The position numbers and the translations under genes were made by a program. Shown here piece after piece: positions 1 to 10,132 of a stretch of DNA of 64,000 nucleotides (the stretch's first letter is position 1; the number at the start of each line of letters is the position of its first letter). The DNA is from an uncultured Chloroflexia bacterium (GTDB lineage Bacteria > Chloroflexota > Limnocylindria > Limnocylindrales > CSP1-4). The notes below the pieces were generated by a model. It saw only the letters and a list, made by a program, of their open reading frames with translations. It had not been told where the DNA came from and made no database searches. The stretch spans positions 1,664,001 through 1,728,000 of the forward strand of contig CAWEZH010000002.1 in assembly GCA_963813535.1 (NCBI GenBank), written 5' to 3'.

Positions 1-2
1 TG

Positions 3-2730
3 TCGGCGACAAGCCGCGTGATGAAGATCGGGATGAGCTCAGAGGACGTGTCGCAGATCGACATGTCGATGATCTCGTACTGGACGATCCGTCCCCGGCT
101 GCTGAGCGTGCCCGGCGTCGCCAACATCGCCATCTGGGGCGAACAGCTCCACATGCTCCAGGTCCAGGCCATCCCGAACAAGATGATCGAGCGCGGCGTC
201 GCCCTCACGGATGTCATGGATGCCGTCTCCGAGACGCTGGACGACGGGATCCTGCAGTTCAACGCCGGCAACTTCACGGGCACCGGCGGATTCGTCGATA
301 CCCCGAATCAACGGCTCGTCATCCGCCACATCCCGCCAGTCGTCGGGGTCGAAGATCTCGCCCACGTCACGGTCCCTGGCCGAGACGATGAGCCCGTCCC
401 GCTGACCGAGGTGGTCGAGCTGGTCGAGGATCACCAGCCGCTCATCGGCGAGGCGGTCATCAACGACGGTCCTGGCGTGATGCTCATCGTGGAGAAGTTC
501 CCGTGGGCGAACACGCTCGACGTCACGCGCGGTGTCGAGGAAGCCCTCGACGAGCTCCGCCCGGGCCTGACCGGCATCAACGTCGATCACACGATCTTCC
601 GGCCCGCCAGCTTCATCGAGCAGGCACTGCACAACCTGTCGAACGCGCTGATCCTCGGCAGCATCCTCGTCTTCGTGATCCTGGTCGTGTTCCTCTTCGA
701 GTGGCGGACGGCGCTGATCAGCCTCGTGGCGATCCCGTTGTCGCTCATGGCCGCGGCGATGGTCCTGTACGTCCGCGAGGTGACCATCAACACGATGATC
801 CTGGCGGGGTTCGTGATCTCGGTCGGGGTGGTCGTCGACGACGCCATCATCGACGTCGAGAACATCACGCGGCGTCTGCGTCAGGCGCGACTGGAAGGCA
901 GTTCGCGGTCGACGGCCGCGATCATCCTCGACTCCTCGCTCGAAGTCCGAAGCGCGATCGTGTACGCGACGCTCATCGACGTGATCGCAGTCTCGCCGGT
1001 GTTCTTCATCAGCGGTCTGTCCGGTGCGTTCTTCCAGCCGCTCGTCGTGTCGTACGGCCTGGCCGTGCTCGCATCGCTGCTGGTCGCGCTGACCGTCACG
1101 CCTGCCCTGGCGTACATCCTCCTGCGCAACGCCCCGATCGAGCGCCAGCGGTCGCCGATCACGCGCCGCCTCCAGGATGCCTATGCCGGGCTGATCACCC
1201 GGATCCTTCGCACCACGCGTCCGGCCTTCCTTACCGTCGGCGCTGTCAGCATGATCGGGCTCGCCATCTGGCCGCAGCTCGGTCAGTCGCTGCTGCCCGA
1301 CTTCAAGGAGCGCGACTTCCTCATGCACTGGGTGACCGCGCCCGGCACCTCGATCGGCGAGGAGACGCGCATCTCGGTCAAGGCGTGCAACGAGCTCCGC
1401 GAGATCCCCGGGGTCCGCAACTGCGGGTCGCACATCGGTCAGGCCTTCGTGGCCGACGAACCGTACGGGGCCGAGTTCGGTGAGAACTGGATCAGCATCG
1501 ATCCGGCCGTCGACTACGACAAGACCCATGCCGCCGTGCTCGAGGTGGTGAACGGCTACCCGGGCCTCCGCCGCGACGTGCAGACCTACCTCAAGGAACG
1601 CATCCGCGAAGTCCTGACCGGCTCGAGCGACGCGATCGTCGTACGGGTCTACGGATCCGACCTCAAGAAGCTCAAGGAACTGGCCGAGGAGATCGAGGAG
1701 AGGATCGACGTCATCCCCGGCATCATCGACCTCCATACCGAGCAGCTGGTCGACATCGCCCAGATCCAGGTCACGGTCGACCTGGCCGCCGCGCAGCGCT
1801 ACGGCGTCAAGCCGGGCGACGTGCGGCGTCTCGCCTCGACCTACATGGCGGGCGAAGAGGTCGGCGACATCTTCAACACCGGCAAGGCCTACGACGTGGT
1901 CGTGTGGAGCGTGCCGAAGACACGCACCAGTGTGACCGACGTCGAGAACCTGCTGATCGACACCGTGACCGGGGGCAAGGTCGCGCTCAAGACCATCGCC
2001 GACGTGACGATCGCGCCAACCGCCGGCCACGTGAGCCACGAGCAGACCGCCCGGCGCATCCATGTCGATGCCAACGTCAGCGGGCGCGACCTCGGCGCCG
2101 TGGTCGCAGATGTCCAGGCGGCCATCGACGAGACGCAGTTCCCGCAGGGCTACCACGCCGAGATGCTCGGCGAGTTCCAGGAGCGTCAGAAGGCGCAGGA
2201 TCGCCTGCTGCTGTTCGCGATCGTCGCCGCGATCGGCGTGTTCCTCCTGCTGCAGGCGTCGTTCGGTAGCACGCGCCTGGCGGTCCTGTCGTTCCTGACG
2301 CTGCCATCCGCCCTCGTCGGTGGGATCCTGGCAGCCTGGATGGGCTCGGGCGTCATCTCGCTCGGGGCGCTCGTCGGGTTCTTCACGGTCCTCGGCATCG
2401 CGGCCCGGAACGGGATCATGATGATCAACCACTTCCAGCACCTCGAGAAGTTCGAGGGCGAGGAATTCGGACCAGCGCTCGTGATCCGCGGAGCGCGGGA
2501 GCGGTTGGCGCCGATCCTGATGACCGCGCTGGCGACGGGCCTCGCGCTCGTCCCGCTGGCCATCGCCGGCGACCTGCCCGGGCCACGAGATCGAGCACCC
2601 GATGGCGGTCGTCATCCTGGGCGGGCTCGTCACCTCGACGCTCCTGAACCTGTTCGTCGTCCCGTCGCTCTATCTGCGGTTCGGGCGGTCCAAGCCGGCC
2701 AGCCCGGCCATGGCAGGGACGTCGGCCTAG
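3..2730 (+). CDS. CusA/CzcA-family RND efflux permease (5'-truncated by window; +1 frameshift at ~2577-2583)
   Basis: RND motifs ([34 protein letters not shown]). After LPG the +1 frame continues [30 protein letters not shown], the canonical last TM helix, to TAG at 2728-2730. Confidence 0.9.
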
Positions 2731-2741
2731 CCGACGTCCCT
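2715..2741. terminator. Perfect 12-bp inverted repeat centred on the overlapping stop codons of two convergent genes
   Basis: AGGGACGTCGGC-CTA-GCCGACGTCCCT. Confidence 0.55.
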
Positions 2742-3761
2742 CGCTTCCCTCGCGTCCAGGCGCTCGACGAGGTCGAGCAGCCACAGCGCCGGTGCATCAC
2801 CGTGGCCGTCCATGTCGGACGGATCGAGGCCATCGAGGGCACGCGCCCACGCGGCTGACTTGCCGATCCGGCCGAGGTCCAGTGCGATCGCGAGCACCTC
2901 GGCGAGCGCTGCACGGGGCAGCACATCGGTCCACGCGTCGAGGTAGGCGTCTCGAAGGCGGGCGAGGGGCGGGGCGTCGGCCTCGATCCCGAGCCGGTAC
3001 GCGACGGAGTTGAGCGTCGTCACCATCGACGCGAAGGGATGGGCGACGACCGAGTCGCCCCAGTCGAAGAACCGGATCCCGGCGGGCCCGACGAACACGT
3101 TGCCGCCATGGAGGTCGTCGTGCTGGATCGTGGCCGCGATCCCTGACTCGTCCAGCGCTCGTGCCCTCGCCGCGACCCACGCTCCCAGCCCCCGCAACCG
3201 CTCGCGTGCGCCGTCGGACGCCGCGCGATCGTCCGGCCCGACCAGCTCCCACCACGAGTCGGTCGCCAGCAACCGCTGGAGCGTCTCGGGGAGTGACGCC
3301 GGGCGCCCGTCGGGGACGCCGAGGGCGAGCATCTCCGCGGATCGAGCCTCGAGCGACCGCTGGAGGCCCGCGTACGTCGCCAAGACCCGCTCCCAGGCAT
3401 CGAGGTCGCGATCGCCCTCACCGTCAGGTCGGGTCTGGCGAAGCGTCGGGCCGCCGTCCTCGAGGAGCAGCCAGCCCAGGCCCTCGTCGACCGCCAACGG
3501 TGGCACGACCGCCTCGATGCCCCAGGCCACGACGGCGGGCAGCAGGCGGGCCTCGTGGGACGTCCCGGATCGCATCGCCTTGCACCACACCGGACCGCGG
3601 TCGGTCGGGATGCGGAGCACCGTCGACCACGGCCGGATGTGGGGTTGTTCCAGCGCGCCGTCGACGGCGTAGCCCAGGGCGTCGAGGTTCGTCAGCGCCC
3701 ACCTAGTGATCGACGCCAGCCAGGCCGGGTCGGTCCAGCGCGGACGGCCGATCGCGGTCAC
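2727..3761 (-). CDS. Aminoglycoside phosphotransferase/choline kinase-like (APH family) protein
   Basis: Brenner-type motifs HDDLHGGNV and FFDWGD. GTG start overlaps the upstream stop (GTGA). Confidence 0.85.
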   Translation of the reverse strand: MTAIGRPRWTDPAWLASITRWALTNLDALGYAVDGALEQPHIRPWSTVLRIPTDRGPVWCKAMRSGTSHEARLLPAVVAWGIEAVVPPLAVDEGLGWLLLEDGGPTLRQTRPDGEGDRDLDAWERVLATYAGLQRSLEARSAEMLALGVPDGRPASLPETLQRLLATDSWWELVGPDDRAASDGARERLRGLGAWVAARARALDESGIAATIQHDDLHGGNVFVGPAGIRFFDWGDSVVAHPFASMVTTLNSVAYRLGIEADAPPLARLRDAYLDAWTDVLPRAALAEVLAIALDLGRIGKSAAWARALDGLDPSDMDGHGDAPALWLLDLVERLDAREARDVG

Positions 3762-4738
3762 GGGCCGCCGAAGAACTCGTCCATCGTGCCGGCCGTGCAG
3801 GACTCGGCCAGGCAATCGAGACCCCACGCGTCCTGGACGGTCCGCAACAGGCTGTAGTGGTCGTGTCGCTCGGCCGATCGGAAGCCCGCCGGCACGTCGG
3901 GTGACGCCACGATCGTGACGATGTGCCCACCGCCGGGATCCTCGCCGGCGTCCTCATCGAACGTGACCACGAGAAGCCCACCGGCCTTGAAGGGCTCGCT
4001 GTCGAGGATCTTCGGAACGAAGCCCGCCAGCCAGTGGTCGGCATTCCGGATCGGGCAGTCATGCGCCGAGTGGCACTGGTTGGGGATGATCAGCGAGTAG
4101 TTCGCATCGCCCGGGCGGAACGCGGTCAGGTCGACGAGGTCGGCGCACCGTGCGGGATCGTTCCGGATGCTGTCGAAGCTGATGGCCGGGGCGTGCTTCC
4201 GGCGGTATTCCCCTTTCCCGTCGCGACCGCCTTTGGCGCTGGTGCCGGCGAAGCAGTCGGGCGGGCGGTTCTCAGCGTACTCACGCCAGGTGCGGCCGCT
4301 GGCCTCGATCTGGTCGGCGACCGTCGGAGCGTCAAGGTCGTGGTCGTCGTTGTCGGTGACCCCGTGGGTCGAACCGCTGAACATGGCGAAGTAGTTCGGC
4401 TGCGAGGGGCGGGCGACACCGAAGGACTGCTCGGCCAGGCCGTACCGTCGGATCAGCCGATCGAAGTAGGGCGTGTCGTCCGCCTCGACGATGCGGTCGT
4501 AGTCCGTGTTCTCCAGCACGATGATCCACACGTACGGGAAGTCGGGCAGTCGGCTCGCTGCGCTCGGCGACGGGGGTGTGGAGGAGGGAGGCACGGACGG
4601 CGACCCGGTCGGTCCGACAGTGGGTGATGCCGGCGGCGTCGATGTCGACGGTGACGGTCCGACGCAACCGATCAGGATGCCGATCAGCAGCGTTGCGACT
4701 GCGACCAGAGTCCCTGGTCGCGACCCTCGGTCGCGCAT
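3758..4738 (-). CDS. Phosphoesterase/acid phosphatase family lipoprotein
   Basis: Signal peptide with Cys, Pro/Ser linker, motifs IIVLEN, PSQPNY, RKHAP, VTFDE, HYSLLRT. Confidence 0.85.
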   Translation of the reverse strand: MRDRGSRPGTLVAVATLLIGILIGCVGPSPSTSTPPASPTVGPTGSPSVPPSSTPPSPSAASRLPDFPYVWIIVLENTDYDRIVEADDTPYFDRLIRRYGLAEQSFGVARPSQPNYFAMFSGSTHGVTDNDDHDLDAPTVADQIEASGRTWREYAENRPPDCFAGTSAKGGRDGKGEYRRKHAPAISFDSIRNDPARCADLVDLTAFRPGDANYSLIIPNQCHSAHDCPIRNADHWLAGFVPKILDSEPFKAGGLLVVTFDEDAGEDPGGGHIVTIVASPDVPAGFRSAERHDHYSLLRTVQDAWGLDCLAESCTAGTMDEFFGGP

Positions 4739-4754
4739 GTCCCCCTTCTCGTCC

Positions 4755-6383
4755 TCAGCGCTTGCGGCCGCCTCCGAAGAGGGTGCCGAAGACGCCGCGG
4801 ATGATGTCCTGGCCGAGCCGTGAGGTCACCACCTTGCCACCGGTCCGGATGGCGGTATCGATCGACTTCTGGCGGGCCCTCGCCTCGGCGGCCGCGGCCT
4901 TCTCCTCGGCACGTCGCTGCCGTTCGGCCTCGCGTCGCTCACGTGCGATCTCCCGCGCTTGCTGCGTCGGCGTCTTCCCGTCGAGGCTGTCCACGCCGGC
5001 TGCCGCCGCAGCGGCTTCGGCGGCCTGTCGCGCGGCCGTCAGCCGGGTGGTGATGCGCTCATGCGCGCTGTCCCGATCGATCGTCGTCCCGTACTTGGCA
5101 TTCAACGGACTGGCTGCAACGAGCCCCTGGAACGTCGCCTGGTCGACGGGTGCCATCAGCGAGTCGGGCGGCAGCAGCCGGGTGGCGGCCAGCGGCGTCG
5201 GGATACCCCGCGGCGAGAGGACCGTGACCAGCGCCTCGCCCGTGCCGAGGGAGGTGAGCGTCTTCTCGACGTCGTAGAACTCCGTGGTCGGGAAGGTGCG
5301 CGCCGCCTTCCGGAGCGCGTCCGCATCATCGGGGGTGAACGCCCGCAGGGCGTGCTGGACCCGATTGCCGAGCTGGGCCAGGACGGAGGCCGGCACATCG
5401 CCCGGGACCTGCGTGACGAAGTACACGCCGACGCCCTTGGAGCGGATGAGGCGCGCCGTCCGCTCGATCTGGTCCATCAACGCCTCTGAGGCGTCGTCGA
5501 AGAGCAGATGCGCCTCGTCGAAGAAGAAGCACAGCTTCGGCTTCGGCAGGTCGCCCGCCTCGGGCAGGGTCTCGTACAGCTGGGCGAGCATCCACAACAT
5601 GAACGTGGAGAACAGCCGGGGCTGGTCCATGACGTCCGAGAGCTCGAGGACCGAGATGATGCCCCGGCCGTCCGGCGCCGCCCGGAGGAGGTCCTCGACG
5701 TCGAACTCGGGCTCGCCGAAGAACACGTCGGCGCCTTCCTGCTCGAGCACGACGATGCTCCGCAACAGCACCCCGACCGACGCTGGCGACATCCCGCCGT
5801 AGTCCTCGAGGATCGGCTTGCCCTCGTCGGACGAGAGGAACTTCAACGTGGTCGCGAGGTCCTTGAGGTCGAGCAAGGGCAGGTCGTTGTCGTCGCAGTA
5901 TTTGAAGACGAGGGCGAGGATGCTCGTCTGCGTCTCGTTGAGGTCGAGCACCTTGCCGAGAAGCAGCGGCCCGAAGGAGTGGACGGTCGCTCGAACCGGT
6001 GCCCCGAGGTTCCCGGTGAGCGACATGTACTCGACCGGATGACCGGATGCTGCGAACGTCCAGCCCATCGACGCCACACGCTCCTGGACCTTCGGGTTCG
6101 CCGCATCGCCGGGCGCAGCCAGACCGGTCAGGTCACCCTTGACGTCCGCCACGAAGACCGGGACGCCGGCGGTCGAGAGCTGCCCGGCGAGGAGCTGGAG
6201 GGTCTTGGTCTTGCCGGTGCCGGTGGCGCCCGCGACGAGGCCGTGACGGTTGAGCGTGGACATCGGGATCTGGACCCGGACCTCGTTGAACAGCTCCCCG
6301 TCGTGCATCGCGCTGCCGATGATCAGCGTCGGCTCGTCGAAGGCGTAGCCGGCCGAGATCGCGTCGCGGAATGCCTGGTCCAT
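4755..6383 (-). CDS. HerA-like ATPase (DUF853/YjgR family)
   Basis: Walker A GATGTGKT, Walker B FFFDEAH, RLIRSKGVGVYFVTQ, QHALRAFTP. Start could be 6413. Confidence 0.9.
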   Translation of the reverse strand: MDQAFRDAISAGYAFDEPTLIIGSAMHDGELFNEVRVQIPMSTLNRHGLVAGATGTGKTKTLQLLAGQLSTAGVPVFVADVKGDLTGLAAPGDAANPKVQERVASMGWTFAASGHPVEYMSLTGNLGAPVRATVHSFGPLLLGKVLDLNETQTSILALVFKYCDDNDLPLLDLKDLATTLKFLSSDEGKPILEDYGGMSPASVGVLLRSIVVLEQEGADVFFGEPEFDVEDLLRAAPDGRGIISVLELSDVMDQPRLFSTFMLWMLAQLYETLPEAGDLPKPKLCFFFDEAHLLFDDASEALMDQIERTARLIRSKGVGVYFVTQVPGDVPASVLAQLGNRVQHALRAFTPDDADALRKAARTFPTTEFYDVEKTLTSLGTGEALVTVLSPRGIPTPLAATRLLPPDSLMAPVDQATFQGLVAASPLNAKYGTTIDRDSAHERITTRLTAARQAAEAAAAAAGVDSLDGKTPTQQAREIARERREAERQRRAEEKAAAAEARARQKSIDTAIRTGGKVVTSRLGQDIIRGVFGTLFGGGRKR

Positions 6384-6505
6384 GGGTCCTCCGAGGCGGG
6401 TCATCACGGTCATTCCGGGGGAGGCGCAAGGGTATCATCGGCCTCCGTACGGCCGACCGGCCTCGCATCGCGGTGACACGCCGCGCATGGATGGAGGGCC
6501 TCGAC

Positions 6506-6901
6506 GTGGGGGAGTTCCGGGCGTTCCTGCTCAAGACCAACGCGCTCGCCCTGGCGATCGGCGTGATCATCGGGGCGGCGCTGGGAAGCGTCGTCAACTC
6601 GCTCGTCAACGACATCATCATGCCGCCGGTGGGCATGGCTCTCGGCGGCGTCGACTTCTCGACGCTCAAGATCGTGCTGAAGCCGGCAGTCGGAGGCGAC
6701 CCCGCCACAGAGGTGGCGATCCGCTACGGCGTGTTCGTCAACGCCGTGATCACGTTCGTGATCATCGCCTTCGTCGTCTGGCTGATCAGCCGGACCTTCA
6801 TCAAGGACGCGCCCGCGGACGAGGTGAAGACCTGCCCGTATTGCAAGGAGCCGAACGCGGACGACGCCACGAAGTGCAAGGCCTGCGCCAGCGAGATCTG
6901 A
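6506..6901 (+). CDS. mscL: Large-conductance mechanosensitive channel with C-terminal CxxC...CxxC
   Basis: EFRAFLLKTNALALAIGVIIG, SLVNDIIMP, IRYGVF. GGAGG lies upstream of GTG 6506 (alternative ATG at 6491). Confidence 0.92.
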   Translation: MGEFRAFLLKTNALALAIGVIIGAALGSVVNSLVNDIIMPPVGMALGGVDFSTLKIVLKPAVGGDPATEVAIRYGVFVNAVITFVIIAFVVWLISRTFIKDAPADEVKTCPYCKEPNADDATKCKACASEI

Positions 6902-6905
6902 GGCG

Positions 6906-7751
6906 TCAGGTGCCGGGGCTTGGATAGCTCCCCAGCACGCGGGTCATCGTGGTGACACCACGAACCTCCTCGATGGCGGCGGCCATCGACGGATCGGCCA
7001 GATCACCGTCGAGGTCGATCCAGAAGACGTACTCCCAGGCACGCTCTCGGCTCGGGCGCGACTCGAGCTTGCGCATGTTGAGCCCGTGCGCGGCGATGAC
7101 CTGCAGCACCGCCAGCAACGTGCCTGGCTCGTTGCGGACGGCGACCACCAGCGTCGTGCGCCGGTCCGCAGGAGGGTCGACGAGCGCAGGCGGCGCGCCG
7201 TCGGGCCGGGCGAGGATGAGGAAGCGGGTCCGGTTGCCGGGCAGATCGCCGATGTCGTCCGCGAGTGGTTCCAGCCCGAACAAGGCGGCCGCGCGCGGCG
7301 ACAGGACCGCGGCCGCGCCGCGCTCCTCCGAGTCCGCGATGGCCTTTCCGGCACCCGCGGTGTTGTAGGTCGACAGAAGCTGCCAGCTGCGCGAACGGAG
7401 GAACGCCTCCGCCTGGCCGAGGGCCTGGATGTGCGAGTAGACGCGCTCGATGTCGTCGAGGCGCTGGCCGGGTAGCGCCGCAAGGCACAACCGGACCGGC
7501 ACCATCACCTCGCCATGGATGGCGAGGTCGAACTCGACCAGGAGGTCGTAGTTCTCGCGGACCGTGCCGTTGATGACGTTCTCGATCGGCACGACACCTG
7601 CCGCCGCCGTCTCCGACGCGACGGCCTCGAAGACGGACCGGAAGCTGGGAAGCGCCGTCCGCTCGACCTCACCGAACGCCGCCAGCACGGCGTCCTCGGC
7701 GAACGCTCCGGGCTCGCCGGCATAGGCGATCGGTCGGTCGGTGACGGGCAT
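6906..7751 (-). CDS. pheA: Prephenate dehydratase
   Basis: VVPIEN, YSHIQALGQ, NRTRF, ACT domain with LESRP. Confidence 0.93.
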   Translation of the reverse strand: MPVTDRPIAYAGEPGAFAEDAVLAAFGEVERTALPSFRSVFEAVASETAAAGVVPIENVINGTVRENYDLLVEFDLAIHGEVMVPVRLCLAALPGQRLDDIERVYSHIQALGQAEAFLRSRSWQLLSTYNTAGAGKAIADSEERGAAAVLSPRAAALFGLEPLADDIGDLPGNRTRFLILARPDGAPPALVDPPADRRTTLVVAVRNEPGTLLAVLQVIAAHGLNMRKLESRPSRERAWEYVFWIDLDGDLADPSMAAAIEEVRGVTTMTRVLGSYPSPGT

Positions 7752-7799
7752 GGCGGGGAGTGTAGTCGGCGCGACCTGCGCCGATGCCGTGGCGTCCGA

Positions 7800-9341
7800 T
7801 CAGGCGGCGGACCGCTTCTCCCCGACGGCGGACAGCAGGGCGAACAGGTCGATCGGTTCGCGGTCCAAGGTCGGCTCGGCTCGCCCGAAGAGATAGCCCT
7901 GGCCGGCGTCATAGCGGAGCTCGAGGACGGACTCGAGGTGGTCGACCGTCTCGATCCCCTCCGCGACGATGCGATGGCCACGGTTTCGGGCGAGCGTCCC
8001 GAGGGCCCGCAGCACGGCCTCGCTCGGGCCATGGGTCGCGCTCGCGCGCACGAGCGACAGGTCGATCTTCAGGATGTCGTACTCGACCTCGCTGAGCAGG
8101 CGCAGGCCGGCGTTGCCGGCGCCGACGTCATCGATCGCCACACGCACGTCGTTCCGGCGCAGCGTCGAGATCGCCTGTTGGAGCCGCTGCAGGTCGTCGA
8201 CGCTCTCGCGTTCCGTGAGCTCGATGACGAGCTGCGAAGCCGGGACTCCGTGTCGACGTGCGAGCGCAAGGATCTCCTGGACGCTGAAGGCATCCGATTC
8301 GAGTGTCCGCGGCGAGAGGTTGATCGACAGGTAGCGCTCGTCGCCGAGCGCACCCGCACCCGCCAGGACGGCCCGAGCACAGACGACGTCGAGCTCGACG
8401 GTCCGACGGGTCGCCTCGGCCGCGACGAACAGGCTCGTCGCGCCGCTGAAGCCCGACTCCTCGGCCGGGCGGACGAGACCCTCGAAGCCGATGATCCCCC
8501 CTGTCGTCAACGAGTAGATCGGTTGGTAGACGGCGCGCAGCAGGTCCTCCGAGGCGACCCGGACGACGGCGGCCTCGAGCTGCGCGAGGCTGCGCGAGTC
8601 CTCGGCGATGCCGTGCTTTGACGGATCGAACCGCTGGACATTGGTCCGGCCGTGGCGCTTGCCGGCATAGAGCGCGGCGTCGGCGTGGTGGATGATCTGA
8701 TGGCGGTCGGCGCTCGGGTCGGGGAATGCGGAGAGCCCGATGGTGACCGAGAAGGCCCCACTCCGGCCATGGTTGCCACCCAGCGCCGAGGCGAGCAGGT
8801 GATTGGCGATGACCTCGGCACGCTCGGCGTCGCACTGGTCGAGCAGCAGGGCGAACTCATCGCCGCCGGTCCGGTAGGCGCCATCACCGCGACGCAGGTT
8901 GGAGCGCATGATCTGCGCGACCGACCGCAGGAGGTCGTCGCCCGCGGCGTGACCCTTCTTGTCGTTGATGGTCTTGAGGTCGTCGACATCGATCATGACG
9001 AGCGCGACCGATCGCCCGTCCTCGCGTGCCTGGGCGATGCGGGCGTCGAGCTCCTCCTGGAACGCCCGGTGATTGCCCAGGCCGGTCAACCCATCGAGGA
9101 GCGAATCCAGCCGCGCCCGGTCGTATGCCTCACGAAGCTCCGCGAACTCGCGATCGATCGCGGAGAGCCCTTCCTCGACCCGCCGTTGCTGTTCGCGAAA
9201 GGCCCGACCGATCCCTCCCGCGACGATCAGACCGAGAACGATCACGACCGGCGCCGTGAAGGGCGGCAGGAGCCCCGGCGGGAGCGCGACCGTGATGGCC
9301 TGGAGGATCATCGACGCGATGACGACCGCGAAGGCGAGCAT
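7800..9341 (-). CDS. Membrane-bound GGDEF-EAL diguanylate cyclase/phosphodiesterase (start uncertain; ORF open to 9494)
   Basis: Two TM helices, DGLTGLGN, RRGD I-site followed by GGDEF, EAL-domain motifs EGL, IELTE, DDVGAG, KID, EGIE, QGY. Confidence 0.9.
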   Translation of the reverse strand: MLAFAVVIASMILQAITVALPPGLLPPFTAPVVIVLGLIVAGGIGRAFREQQRRVEEGLSAIDREFAELREAYDRARLDSLLDGLTGLGNHRAFQEELDARIAQAREDGRSVALVMIDVDDLKTINDKKGHAAGDDLLRSVAQIMRSNLRRGDGAYRTGGDEFALLLDQCDAERAEVIANHLLASALGGNHGRSGAFSVTIGLSAFPDPSADRHQIIHHADAALYAGKRHGRTNVQRFDPSKHGIAEDSRSLAQLEAAVVRVASEDLLRAVYQPIYSLTTGGIIGFEGLVRPAEESGFSGATSLFVAAEATRRTVELDVVCARAVLAGAGALGDERYLSINLSPRTLESDAFSVQEILALARRHGVPASQLVIELTERESVDDLQRLQQAISTLRRNDVRVAIDDVGAGNAGLRLLSEVEYDILKIDLSLVRASATHGPSEAVLRALGTLARNRGHRIVAEGIETVDHLESVLELRYDAGQGYLFGRAEPTLDREPIDLFALLSAVGEKRSAA

Positions 9342-9575
9342 GAAACCGAGGCCGGTCGCGCGCGTGATCGCGTCGATCGTCCCCTGGTCGAGATGGCCTT
9401 CGCTACGGTCGTGTTGCGGCAAGCAGGGTCTCCGAGCGCAGTCGTTCGACCGCGGGACCCACCTGTACCAGACCGGGCCGCCCGTAACTCCCACACGAAG
9501 GTCATGGGACCCTCGACGAGAGGCTTGATGGCGCCCCTCGAGCCGCCCGGAACCGTCGCGAAACGCGACCGGCGA

Positions 9576-10127
9576 CTACTGGTTGAACCAGTCGACGGTG
9601 TCGATCTCGCCGGCGTCCTCGTCGAGCTCCGCGCGGCGCTCACGGGCCGTCCCGGCCGATACGGGCGACTTGCGCCGCGCTCGAGTCCCTGTGGCTGCCG
9701 CCGCCTCCGCCGGTGCGCCCGTCCAGTGCTCCTCGCCGAGCAACTGGTTCAGCGCCACGAGATACGCCTCGATCGAGGCAGCGATGATGTTCGGGCCGCG
9801 TGCCTCTCCGGCGTACTCGCCCTCGCCACGCTCACCGGAGGCGAGCGGGGGCGCGATCCGCACGTTGACGACGCCGATCGTGTCGGTCCCCTCCCCCAGG
9901 GCGTGGATGTCGTAGGCCAGTAGCCGCGGGTGCCCGTCGAGCACCTCGGAGATGGCCGCGTCCACCGCCCGGTAGAGGGCGTCGATCGCGCCGTTGCCCT
10001 CGGCCGATGCCTGCCAGTGATGGTCGCCGGAATCGATGATCACCGCGCCTCGGCTCCGCGCGTTCGAGCCCGAGGACACCGTCCATCGAGCGAGTCGGAG
10101 CGGGGCGGCGTGATCGGGGCCGGGCAT
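9576..10127 (-). CDS. Stand-alone LeuA/CimA allosteric (regulatory) domain protein
   Basis: WTVSSG, AEGNGAIDAL, LLAYDI, NIIAASIEAYLVALN align with the C-termini of LeuA and CimA in this window. Confidence 0.8.
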   Translation of the reverse strand: MPGPDHAAPLRLARWTVSSGSNARSRGAVIIDSGDHHWQASAEGNGAIDALYRAVDAAISEVLDGHPRLLAYDIHALGEGTDTIGVVNVRIAPPLASGERGEGEYAGEARGPNIIAASIEAYLVALNQLLGEEHWTGAPAEAAAATGTRARRKSPVSAGTARERRAELDEDAGEIDTVDWFNQ

Positions 10128-10132
10128 GCTGG

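Noticed and set aside
2577-2584. Programmed ribosomal frameshifting at the three frameshift sites
   Set aside because: There are no canonical slippery heptamers or evident stimulators, and these families are not known to be recoded. Sequencing error is simpler.
39-2633. Long antisense or alternative-frame ORFs (e.g. 39-2633-, 15691-18069+, 13134-14768+, 25643-27115-, 56800-58380+, 46149-47702-)
   Set aside because: These are shadow ORFs typical of high-GC DNA. They overlap well-supported genes and carry no recognisable motifs.
2727-3761. Antibiotic-resistance calls for the APH-like and Pat-like genes (also 62010-62525)
   Set aside because: Only fold-level motifs are present, in a housekeeping context with no mobile element. 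Substrates are unknown.
4755-6383. HerA-based anti-phage system
   Set aside because: It is the widespread DUF853/YjgR type, with no adjacent Sir2, nuclease or NurA partner.
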